Assembly: GCF_963921235.1 (NCBI RefSeq)
Contig: NC_086097.1
Coordinates: forward strand, 168,890,001-168,954,000
DNA length: 64,000 nt
DNA from: Mobula hypostoma
Lineage: Eukaryota
Direction of reading: 5' to 3'
Each line of letters opens with the position of its first letter. Position 1 is the first letter of the stretch. Of the stretch, positions 52,967 through 64,000 are shown in pieces. Below the pieces are notes generated by a model. The model saw nothing but the letters and a program-made list of their open reading frames with translations. It had not been told where the DNA came from and did not search any database. A program made the translations under genes and the position numbers.

Positions 52967-53367
52967 AGAACATAGAATAGTACAGCACATTACAGGCCCT
53001 TCGGCCCACAATGTTGTGCCGACCCTCAAACCCTGCCTCCCATATAACCCCCCACCTTAAATTCCTCCATATACCTGTCTAGTAGTCTCTTAAACTTCAC
53101 GAGTGTATCTGCCTCCACCACTGACTCAGGCAGTGCATTCCACGCACCAACCACTCTCTGAGTAAAAAACCTTCCTCTAATATCCCCCTTGAACTTCCCA
53201 CCCCTTACCTTAAAGCCATGTCCTCTTGTATTGAGCAGTGGTGCCCTAGAGAAGAGGCGCTGGCTATCCACTCTATCCATTCCTCTTATTATCTTGTACA
53301 CCTCTATCATGTCTCCTCTCATTCTCCTTCTCTCCAAAGAGTAAAGCCCTAGCTCCCCTAATCTCTG
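52967..53367 (-). mobile_element. Young CR1 3' end (about 400 bp)
   Basis: LGELGLYSLERRRMRGDMIEVYKI...FFTQRVVGAWNALP; (catagaa)n tail; ttaaacat at 52959-52966 and 53387-53394 as probable TSD. Confidence 0.9.
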
Positions 53368-54142
53368 TTTAAAAATGTTTAATCCCTTAAACATTTATTT
53401 GTCAAGCAAATAATTATCTTAGAGTTCCTGTACATAGAAATATTGACATGTGTTGCTATGGGAGGCTCTCTTTATTTTTATTTACGTTTGGTTACCAAAC
53501 AATCTCAAAGCAAAGTTGTATAGCCCCAGAAGGCTAATGGATTGTCTAGACAGTCAGGGATTAGATACTCAAGCTGTCTGAATGTTATGAAAATCTAATT
53601 GTGTCATTGGCTGCTGTCTATGTGAAACAAGGAGTACGAGGTTCATTTTCATTCCACTCACAAGACCATGTTTGCATTAGTATTTGAGTGGCCAGCATAT
53701 TTGTCAGCTCAATCTCATCAAAGTTAACATAATTCCATAATCTATTGCATTTTGCAAGGTAGTGCAATACAAGTATTCAAGTAAGTTAATGGTTGGTATA
53801 GATACATAATCTTGAAATCTGTCAACCCTGTAGAAACCAGTTTTGATAAGATCATTGAGAACTCTTGAACAGTTTTATCTTTTAATCTTCTGTTACATTT
53901 CCTTGAACAATACCTAAGGAATTCATTTGAACTGGAAAACAAGGGTACAGTATTACTATTCTTTTTAGGCTATCTCTTGTGATAAAGGATAGCTAGCTGC
54001 TTCCATTCTAGTTCCTTGGATGTTGAGTTGAATGATAAGACCAATGAGGGACCTGTGACCATACTACAGATGAGCCAGGAAATGCGTGAAAGGGTGCACA
54101 AATGGGTAACTTGTGAGATGGTGCTTTCTTTCCACCGTTGAC

Positions 54143-55930
54143 CATAGGAACAGAATTAAGCCACTTGGTCCATCGAGTCTGCTCTGCCATTCCATCATGA
54201 CTGATTTATTATTATTCCTCTCTACTACATTCTCCTGCCTTCTCCCCTTAACTTTGACACCCTGATTAGCCAAGAATCTATCAACCTCCGCTTTAAATAT
54301 ACTCAATAACTTGGTCTCTACAGCTATCCATGGCTATGAATGCCACAGATTCACCACTCTCTGGCTAAAGAAGTTCCTTCCATTTCTGTTCTATTTGGAC
54401 ATTCCTCTATTCCTCTGGCTCTAGACTCACCCACTATAGGAAACAACCTCTCCACATCCATTCTATCTAGACCTCTCAATATTCAATGAGTTTCAATGAG
54501 ATCCCCCCTTATTCTTCTAAACTCCAGAGAGTATAGGCCCAGAGCCATCAAAAGCTCCTCATATATTAACGCTTTCAAACCTGGGATCATTCTTGTGAAC
54601 CTCCTCTGGCCCCTCTCCAATGCCAGCACACCTTTTCTTAGATAAGGAGACCAAAACTGCTCAAAGTGTAGTCTGACCAATGCCTCATCCTTTCTCTTAT
54701 ATTCTAGCCTTTTCGAAATGAATGTTAAAATTGTATTTGCCTTTCTTACCACTGACTCAACCTGCATGTTAATCTTTAGGGTATCCTGCACAAGGACGCT
54801 CTGGTCCCATTGCACCTCTGAGTATTGAAGTTTCTCCCCATTTAGAAAATAAGCAAAGACTTTATTCTTTCTACCAAAATGCATGAACATCTTTCCTTCT
54901 CCCCCACTTTCTGCTTTCTGCAGGGATTGCTCCCTGCACAATTCCCTTGTCCATTCATCCGTCCCCACTGATCTCCCTCCTGGCACTTATCCTTGAAAGT
55001 GGAACAAGTGCTACACCAGCCCATATACCTCCTCCCTCACCACCATCCAGGGCCCTAAGCAGTCCTTCCATGTGAGGCAACACTTCACCTGCGAGTCTGA
55101 TGGGGTCATTTACCGTGTTTGGTGCTCCCGGTGTGGCCTCTTGTACATCGGTGAGACCCGATGTTGATTTGAAGACTGTTTCACCAAGTATCTACGCTCC
55201 ATCCGTCAGAACAAGCAGGATCTCCCAGTGGCCATCCATTTTAATTCCACTTACCATTCCCATTCCACTAAGTCCATCCATAGCCTTCTCCACTGTCGTG
55301 ATGAGGCCACATTTAGGTTGGAGGAACAACACCTTATATTCCATTTGGGTAGCCTCCAACCGGATGGCATGAACATCAGTTTCTCAAATTTTCAGTAACG
55401 CCCCCCAACCCCATCCCCTTTCCCCTCTTTCTCCTTATCTCCTTGCCTGTCCACCACCTCCTTCTGGTGCTCATCCCCCCTTTTCTTTCTTCCACGTCCT
55501 TCTGTCTCTTTCACCAGTCAACTTCCCAGCTCTTTACTTCAACCTTTCCCTCCAGGTTTCACCTATCACCTGGTGGTTCTCTCTCCCCTCCCCCCAACAT
55601 TTGAAATCTGCCCCTCAGCTTTTTTTCTTCAGTCTTGTACATTTTTCCATACATACTGTCTGGCCTGCTGAGTTCCTCTAGCATTTTTTGTGTGTTGCTC
55701 GGATTTCCAGCATCTGCAGATTTTCTGTTGTTTGCAACGAACATACATTTTCCAACACTATATTCCATCTGCCACTTCATTGCCCATTCACCCAATCTGA
55801 CCAAGTCTTTCTGCAGACTCCCAACTTCCTCAATACTACCTGCCTTTCCACCTATCTTTGTATCGGCTGCAAATTTGGCCACAAAGCCATCAATTCTGTA
55901 AACCAAATCTTTGACATATAATGTGAGAAG
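54143..55930 (-). mobile_element. CR1 3' half interrupted by a Penelope element
   Basis: KFAADTKIGG...KWQMEYSVGKCM|HFGRKNK...RRFTRMIPG is continuous once 54891-55738 is removed. Confidence 0.85.
54891..55738 (+). mobile_element. Penelope-like element 3' part with GIY-YIG endonuclease remnant
   Basis: 55105-55161 translates to VIYRVWCSRCGLLYIGETR, followed by DLPVAIHFN...LEEQHLIFHLGSLQPDGMN; TSD gaacat at 54885-54890 and 55739-55744. Confidence 0.9.
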
Positions 55931-55984
55931 ATGCAGTACCACTAGTCATGCACAGCCATCCGAAATAGGCCCCCTTTATTTCCA

Positions 55985-57215
55985 GTGTCAGGGGGCAGAA
56001 GGGAGTGTAGTTACTATTACTAGGGAGGAGGTGCTTGCAGGGCTGAAAGGTCTGAAGGTAGATAAGTCACCTGGACTAGGTGAACTACCCTTGAGGGTTC
56101 TGAAAGAGGTATCTGAAGAAATTGTTGAGGCATTAGTAATGATCTTTCAACAATAGCTAGATTCTGGCATGGCTCTGGAGGACTGGACATTTGCAATATC
56201 ACTCCACTCTCCAAGAAGGGAGAGAGGAGGGATAAAGGAAATTATAGGCCAGTTAACCTGACCTCAGTGGTTAGGAAGATGTTGGAGTCAATAGTTAAGG
56301 ATGAGGTTTTGGGGTACCTGGAGGTAAATGATAAAATGGACCAAAGTCAGCATGAACCTCTTAAGGGAAAACCCTGCCTGACAAATCTTTTGGAATTCTT
56401 TGAGCAAGTAACAAGCAGAACAGACAAAGGACAACTGGTGGATGTTGTGTACAGTACTTGGATTTTCAAAAGGCCTTTGACAAGGTGCTGCACAAGTGGC
56501 TGCTTGGCAAGATAAGATTCCATGATATTACAGAAAAGATACATAGAACACAGAATAGTACAGCACAGTACAGCCCCTTCGGCCCACAATGTTACGCTGA
56601 CCCTCAAACCCTGCCTCCCATATAATCCCCCACCTTAAATTCCTCCATATACCTGTCTAGTAGTCTCTTAAACTTCATGAGTGTATCTGCCTCCACCACT
56701 GACTCAGGCAGTGCATTCCACGCACCAACCACTCTCTGAGTAAAAAAACCTTCCTCTAATATCCCCCTTGAACTTCCCACCCCTTACCTTAAAGCTATGT
56801 CCTCTTGTATTAAGCAGTGGTGCCCTGGGGAAGAGGTGCTGGCTATCCACTCTATCTATTCCTCTTAATATCTTGTATACCTCTCTCATGTCTCCTCTCA
56901 TCCTCCTTCTCTCCAAAGAGTAAAGCCCTAGCTTTACTTAACAGATATACAGAATTATTATTAATTACTTAGCTATACTAGCATGGATAGAGCATAGATG
57001 TGTTCTGCAGGGGTCAGTTTGGGACCGCTTCTTTTTATGTTGTAGTTCAATGATTTGGATGACTGAATTGATAGCTTTGTGGGCAAGTTTGTGGCTGATA
57101 CGAGGATAGGTGGAGGAGCAAGTAGTGTTGTGGAAGCAGGGAGGCTGCATAGGGATTTGGATAGGTTAGGAGAATGGGCAAAGAAGTGGCAGATGGAATA
57201 CAGTGTTGGGAAGTT
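55985..57215 (+). mobile_element. CR1 RT fragment interrupted by a younger CR1 3' end
   Basis: LKGLKVDKSPG, KGKPCLTNLLEFFE and KWQMEYSVGK. Confidence 0.8.
56540..56933 (-). mobile_element. Young CR1 3' end, near-identical to 52967-53355
   Basis: Direct sequence comparison; ERRRMRGDMREVYKILRGIDRVDSQHLFPRAP. Confidence 0.9.
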
Positions 57216-57369
57216 AGAGGTTATACTTCTAACTTCTCAAGCTTAAGTTCTAGCCTTTGCCTGTTCTCACCAAAACCTGAGCACTCTAAATAATGTCCAC
57301 TCCAACAATGGCCCCACCCTTGCTAAATTACTATTAACCAGAGCAATCTCCCGCTCCACAGTTAAGTCC

Positions 57370-57985
57370 TGACAAGCTGCATTTGCTTTTGAAAACTGGT
57401 GCATAAAGTCCACAGGAACTGTCTGCAACTCACTCCATGATCTCCCACTCTTCAGTTTCTTGCGGACATGTGCAGGGCAGTTGCCATACTAAGCTGTTAT
57501 CTGTCCAAGTGAGATGCTTTCTATGGTGCATCAATAAACATTCGTATGGGATGACACAGACATGCTGGACTTCCTTATAGCTTGTGGAAGTAGAGGTGTT
57601 GGAGAGTTTTCTTGGCTGTGTTACTATTGAAGCAGAGCTGCTGGCCTGCCTGCTTCATGATTGCATCAATGTGTTTGGCCCAAAATAGATCCTCTGAGAT
57701 GTTAATGCCAGGGAACTGGAAGCTGCTCACCCTTTCCACTGCTGACCCCCTCAATGATGACTGGTGTGCGTTCTCCCAATTTCCCCCTCCATTGGACACA
57801 ATCAATTCCTTAGTCTTGCTGACATTGAGTGCAAGGTTGTAGTTGTGATACTGCTGAACCAGCCAATTTTTCTCACTCCTGTATGCCTCTTCACAGCCAC
57901 CTGAGGTTCTGCCAACAACAGTGGTGTCATTGGAGATTTTATAAATAGCATTTGAGCTGTGCCTAGGCACACAGTTACTGTGTTA
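57370..57985 (-). mobile_element. Degraded Rex1/Babar-type RT fragment
   Basis: SNAIYKISNDTTVVG...LALNVSKTKELIV...VERVSSFQFPGINISEDL. Confidence 0.75.
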
Positions 57986-59569
57986 CAATCTCCTGGCTAG
58001 ATCATGAAACGATATATTTCACTTCTTTTATGGCTTTTATGTTTGTTTTTCATCTTGGATGTGATTCTGGAACTGCTGGAGCCTCTGCAGTCTCCAAGAG
58101 GATTCCAGGAGGCAGAGGCCGCATGCTCGAACCTCGTGGTGAACAAGCTGATGTGTGACTCAATTTCACCGATTAAAGCAATGAGGGAGATTAAAGCATC
58201 CAGGCAAGTGCAGAGGGTGAGCACCAGCTGCCTGTCGTTTGACCATTCTGCTAATGGAGAAGTGAAAGCCTGCTGCAGTGCCTGGAGACTGTTGCCCAGG
58301 TTTTCTGTGTTTTGGCAGTGGGCTTGGACTATAGACTTTATTCAGTCTTATAGTTATTTTTCACCCAATCTTTCTCAATGTTTGTACAAGGTGGAGGATA
58401 TGGGGGTCAGTGTACCTGCTCTATTTTTGTTCATTTTTTTGTGCAGGAGGAGGGATTTGGGGGTTGATCATGTTGCCTTTCTTTTCTTCCTTGGTTTTAT
58501 GCTACCTGGAGAAAAGATTTCAGAGTTGTATACTTCGATAATGAATGAGCCTTTGAACCTTTGAACAGTTAATAGCATATAACAACAGCTGGCAGTACGA
58601 TGCCAAAATGATGCATAACTATAATTGGCAATTTTATACAGTAGCCAAATAAAAAGAAATGGTCCATTCACAACAAGTTCCATCAAAGTACAATTTCCAG
58701 TATCTAATTTTAAACAAGGTCACATTTTTCTGATAAAAATGTAGTGGGTGTAATTCAAATATTCTGTTTCTATTAAAGGACTATTTCAAGCTCTATTTAT
58801 TTGGAAAAAGAATGGATCTAACTTGTTTAAAAAAAAGCATTAAGCCACAGAACTCAGTTGGACTATAGTGAAAGATCTTTATAAAGATGGTCGCTGCTGG
58901 CAGATCATCTCTTCATTTGTGGTGTGTTGATTCTGGAAAGCACATTGTTCAGTTTTCTTTTTTCAAGGTATATTTATTATCAAAGTATGTATACCAAATA
59001 CAAACTTGAGATTCATCTTCTTGCAGGTAGCCACAAAATAAAGAAAAACAATAGAACTATTAAAAACCCCCACACAAAAAAGACAGTTACACACCCAATG
59101 TGCAGAAAAAGAACAATCATGCAAACAATAAAAATAGGTAAACAAATAACACACAGAACACGAACTGCAGTGTCCCCAAGTGTGAGTCCCCAGCTATGGA
59201 GCCAGTTCAGTGCTGCAGTCGGTCCAAGAGCTGGATGGATGCAGGCCGCAAGGCTAGTTCATCACTGAGGTGAGTGCTGATAGTTGCAGGCCATAGCTGC
59301 AGAGTTCAGTACTAAGGCGGGTAAAGCCTCATGGAGTAGAAAGCTGAACACCGGTTCATCCTTAGCCCTTGGCCTCAATGCCTCGATCTTTTAATCGGGC
59401 TCGGTGTTTAAATCGGGTGAATATCGGTTAATTTTTTGCTCCTGAGCATGGCCCCACCACTTTGATCTAGCCCAAAGTCCACTCCAGTAATGGCTGCCAT
59501 GGCCATAATCTAATAATTAATCTATTAATTTATAATCAGCAATTATATATTAATGTGTCATTTTTGTAC

Positions 59570-59978
59570 ACCCCCACCATCCAAACCATGCTCTCTTCTC
59601 ACTGCTGCCATCAGAAAGAAGGTACAGGAGTCTGAGGACCTACACTATCAGGTTCAGGAACAGTTATTACCCCTCAACCATCAGGCTCTTGAGCCAGAAG
59701 AGATAATTTCACTCACCCCATCACTGAACTGTTCTCACAACCCATGTACTGACTTTAAAGGACTCTTTGTCTCGTGTTCTCAATATTTATTTTTTATTAT
59801 TTCTTTTTTTCTTTTGTATTTTCACAGTTTGTTGTCTTTTAACATTGGTTGTTTGTCCATCCTGTTGGGTGCAGTCTTTCATTAATTCTATTGTTTTTCT
59901 TGTATTTACTGTGATTGCTTGCCCACAAAAAATGAATCACAGGTTTGTATATGATGATATATACCAGTAATAATAAAT
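59570..59978 (+). mobile_element. Rex1-like LINE 3' end; similar tails at about 32580-32875, 58300-58566 and 58960-59200
   Basis: ccatgctctcttctcactgctgccatcagaaagaaggtacaggagtctgaggacc...caggttcaggaacagttattacccc followed by a T-rich 3'UTR. Confidence 0.65.
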
Positions 59979-60194
59979 TATTCTGTTAGAATTTGTTGTG
60001 TAAAGCAGATAATTTAGAAACTCATTCAACTGTTGGTCTCTTAGTGGAAGAAATTACTGCTTTGGATTCAGAAACACTAGCTGCATACCTTGCCAATGTG
60101 AATAATTGTTCAATGATTAATGGCATGAAAAAATATTCCTAACAAAGACACTGTGAGAGTTGTAGTATAAAATTACAGTTCATATGTCAATACC

Positions 60195-60890
60195 AAAAGG
60201 GGTGGAGGGGCAGGTATTGTTGCAGGAGCAGGGAGTCTGCAGAAGGACTTGGACAGATTGGAAGACTGGGCAAAGAAGTGGCAAATTGAGTACAGTGCAT
60301 ATGGTCATGCACTTCAGTAGAAGGAATAAAGCTGTAGACTACTTTCTAAATGGGGAGAAATTTCAAAAATTGGAGGTACAAAGGGACTCAGGATTCCTTG
60401 TGCAGGATTCCCTAAACGTGAACTTACAGGTTGAGTCGGTGGTAAGGAAGGCAAATGCAACATGTGCATTCATTTTGAGAGGACTAGGATATAGGAGCAA
60501 GGATGTGATGCTGAGACTTTAAAAGCATTGGTCAGACTGTCCTTGGAGTTTTATGAACAGTTTTGGGCTCCTTGTCTAAGAAAAGATGTGCTGGCATTGG
60601 AGAGGGTCCTGAGGAGATTCACAAGAATGATTCCGGAATGAAAAAATTAATGTATGAGGAGTGTTTAATAGTTCTGGGCCTGTACTTGCTAGCGTTTAGA
60701 AGAATGAGGTGGGGATTTCATGGAAACCTATCGAATATTGAAAGGCATAGAAAGTGTGGATATGGAGAGACTATTTCCAATAGTGAGTGAGTCTAGGAGC
60801 AGAGGGTACAGCCTCAGAATACAGGGACATCCACTTGAACATAGATGAGAAGGAATTTCTTTAGTCAGAGGGTGGTGAATCTGTGGAAAT
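60195..60890 (+). mobile_element. CR1 3' portion, ending in a Penelope-derived stub (about 60890-60955)
   Basis: MHFSRRNKAVDYFLNGE...QVESVVRKANA...YRSKDVMLRL. Confidence 0.85.
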
Positions 60891-62146
60891 GTCAACTGTT
60901 TATACATTTCCCTAGATGCTTCCTGACTTGCTGAGTTCCTCCAGCATTTTGTGTGAGCATCCTGTGTTACAAAAGTGAGTATATTTCATAAGAATCTCAG
61001 GGACTGAAACAATCTGACCCTGTGAAAGATGTTTTGATTGTGCAGGTCTTATTTGTTCACAGTTCACCAACATGAAAATCTATTCACATTATTCTATTTA
61101 ATAATTTTTTGCATGTTACATTCTTGCTAGATAGAAATATTATTTTATAAATCCAATCTCATCTCATAATTTATTTGTCATTTTGAATTGCTAAATATCT
61201 CCTAATCTCTGATGAACCCCGAGAATTAAAGTCACACAGGACACCAACCAGACATGTCTAGACACTTTGCATTTCAACTTTTGTATTATTTAGCATATTT
61301 GTAATTATACTGACAAATCCAGATCAGACCAGATAATGCTGAAGCAGAGACTTAATGCAACACTCAACACCTCTGTGTTTAGTTATTTCAAAGTGAATCA
61401 CGACTGCATATGGGTAAGATGGTAATGAATATAAACATAGCAATTGCACAGCTGGGAAGAGGAAAGACCTTCCACCAAATTTTCTCAACAGCATGTGTGA
61501 AACACTCCATCCATGATTTCACCCACATTTAAATTCTTAAGTTGCAATAATCTTCCCAAAGGTCAAATTTCTAATTTTACAATTATAAAAACAAAGCAGG
61601 ATATAATTGTGTAATAGACTGGCAATTAGTTCAAAAATAGGTAAACTTAGGTTAGAAACAGTATACTAAACAAGAGATAAACAATCCATTATTTTTCATA
61701 AAATGCAAGGTGAAAAGAATGACAAATCAATAGTGTTTAAATAAATTTCTCAGGATATATTTTAGTTTTGTATTACCTCAGTCGAACTGCAACTGGAATA
61801 CAGCAAGCCATCTCTTTGGCTAATATCCTATAGTTTGAGGTGATTGGAGAAAAAAATAGGCGGGATATCAGTGGTGGGTCTTCTAACACAGAGACTGGTA
61901 ATTGCATGGAATGCGCTGCTGAAATGGTGGTAGAGGAAGATATGTTAGGGACACTTAAGGGACTCTTAGATAAATATATGGAAGAAAAGAAAAAGTAATT
62001 CAGTTGATTGATAAGTTAGGCTTGTTGAATTAGTTAATAGGATTTGTCTTAACATTTTGGCCAATAAAATGCCCTGGGACATTCTGGAGGGTTCAAAGGT
62101 AGTCATTTTCTGGAGAGAGTGCAGGAATTTTGGAGGAAGAAAGAAA

Positions 62147-62181
62147 ATGGGAATGGAAATGGGAATGAGAATGGGAATGGA
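62147..62181. repeat. Short imperfect (GGAATG)n hexamer repeat
   Basis: aatgggaatggaaatgggaatgagaatgggaatgg. Confidence 0.7.
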
Positions 62182-63137
62182 CAACGAATAGTAGAAGTAC
62201 ATGAATTTATTTGTAAGGACAGATACTACCATTGGAAAATCTTCATGCAGACAATGGTCTCACAGAGAATGTGCAGATAACTTTTAGTTAGCTAGTTATC
62301 ACATGACCTTGGAGACAGTTTGACACTTTGTCCTTGGATGTTGCGTGGATATTTATTTATGTTTCGCTTGGACTGTGTTTTCAGGTAGAATTTTTCAGTA
62401 CCGTGCATAAATGAAGTGATGCAAACAGGATTGACTACATAACAATGAGCTCCAAAGATTATGTGCACACTATAGGCTAATTAATATATGTGTAATGGGC
62501 TTTTTAAAATTGTGTTTTTTATTTTAAAAATTTGATCAATAGGATATTAATCTTGGTTTAGACTGTTGTAAATTAAATTATTGCTTCCTGGCGAACAGGA
62601 AACATGAATGGGTGTGTCAATATTCATGCAAGTAACAGTCCTATTTTCCCTTAAAGGAATATTCAAACTTTTATATTTTGTGGTTATCTGAATCACATTT
62701 ACCCTAGACATGTTTGTTTATTGGAAATGGCCTTCTCATCATTATTCCCCATGCATTGTAGAGTTATCTTGCTGTTAGGTTGGATTTAAAGTGATAGCTA
62801 ACTCATTACGAGTCTATGGTGACAAGGCTACAAGTACAACTTTTCAAGACTTAATAACTGATTGTTCTTGCCAAATTTTTGTCAATTTTTATGTATTTTC
62901 AAAAACCTGATAATATAAGAAGGATGTACATAAATTACAATTCCATCCTTAAGAACACAAACCAGAGTGAGTATATAGCTTGGACATCAAGGCAAGATCG
63001 CACAGGATCAAACTTTAATTAAGTAATTCAACAATTTACTAAAGCATTCCAAACCTTCCTCAGCAAAACAATGCATTTGTTTAATACATTGGTGTAAGGA
63101 TTTCATTATTCCCCATGTCTGAATGAAGTATGAAGGG

Positions 63138-63675
63138 AACAAACTGAAGATTCTGCAGATGCTGGAAAACTTGAGCAACTCTGCAAGTCAGGCAGCATCA
63201 ATGGAGGGGAATAAAGGGTCGACATCTTAGACTGAGACATTCATAATGAAGACTTAATAGGTTTGTAAAAATAAACAACAAATCAATAGATATTAATGCA
63301 AAATGTTGGAAAATTGGGACAGGCAGCACCGGTGGTAAGGGAAACTGACTTTTGATTAGAAAACGTTTCAGATCACTGACCTTGATCTGAATTAGGAAAA
63401 GCTGGAAATCAAACATTCTTATGGAGAAAGGGGAAGAGTATAGATAGCAAATGTAATGTCTTTGGTAGGGTGGAGACCAAGAAAGAAGGAATGGCATAGT
63501 GGTGGTGATGGCAGAAAAAGGTTGATGTTGATAGCAACTGATCTGTCTGAGAAGATGAATGAGAACAGAAAGTAGAGAGAAAAAAAAACTGGAGCTGTGA
63601 TGTTAATTGTTTTTCTCCCTTCAGTACTTGCTGCCTGCGCAGCTGAATATTTCTATCATTCTTTTTCTGCAGTCT
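63138..63675. mobile_element. Cluster of degraded Penelope-derived elements
   Basis: attctgcagatgctggaaa...caggcagcatc...cgacatcttagactgagacattcataa and aaacgtttcagatcactgacc. Confidence 0.5.
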
Positions 63676-64000
63676 TGCTTATTAATTTTTTTTGTTCAGT
63701 TCAGAATTAAGTATTAGGGAACAGAATTGAAAATACTTATTAGGCTTGTAGAAATGTCAACTGTAATATATAAAAAAACTGCAAGGTGAATTTTACTACA
63801 GCATGATTCTCCTCACAAATGGGAAAACTTCCACAGAAATATGAAATGAATATTTTAAAGCATCAATTTTTCTTCACAAAAACACTTTGACTCACAGATT
63901 AATGACAGACATTCAATACACAAGAAGTTTGTCAACTGCACTGAAAGAACCAAAGCAAAATAAATTTTGTCCAAGGAAAACAAAGCAGGTATAATAGGTA

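Noticed and set aside
54143..57215. Divergent CR1 pair as one twin-primed inversion
   Set aside because: The two pieces overlap by about 180 bp of consensus with visible divergence and share no TSD, so separate insertions are more likely.
58004..58564. 186-aa ORF as a membrane protein
   Set aside because: No recognisable domain; it overlaps a T-rich retroelement 3' tail ending in (ctttgaac)n.

Overview
AT-rich vertebrate genomic DNA. The repeat content (CR1, Rex1/Babar, Penelope, V-SINE-like, L1-like, RTE) points to a cartilaginous fish, probably a ray; this is an inference. The only host gene I can support is the 3' half of LDLRAD4 (C18orf1, PMEPA1 family) on the minus strand, seen as three coding exons with clean AG/GT borders: 34498-34344 (transmembrane), 14890-14834 (57 bp, missed by the ORF track) and 12799-12263 (two PY motifs, the Smad-interaction motif and the stop). 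A long putative 3'UTR may reach about 5590. The N-terminal/LDLa exons were not found and presumably lie beyond 64000. Nearly all other ORFs in the track are pieces of transposable elements or antisense noise. The most interesting signals are: (1) many Penelope-derived fold-back elements carrying minimal hammerhead-ribozyme cores, some with intact cores in the pre-mRNA sense and one forming a roughly 530-bp hairpin in the probable 3'UTR; (2) a CR1 insertion made of four interleaved segments plus an inverted ORF1 piece, nested in an L1-like element with a demonstrable TSD; (3) templated snap-back copies of target DNA at CR1 5' junctions; (4) a young GC-rich RTE/BovB-like LINE; (5) a CAG...CTG MITE with a 6-bp TSD and a duplicated end. 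I found no prokaryotic-type system and no CRISPR, rRNA or true tRNA gene. Boundaries of degraded repeats are approximate and all family names come from motif recognition, not database searches.
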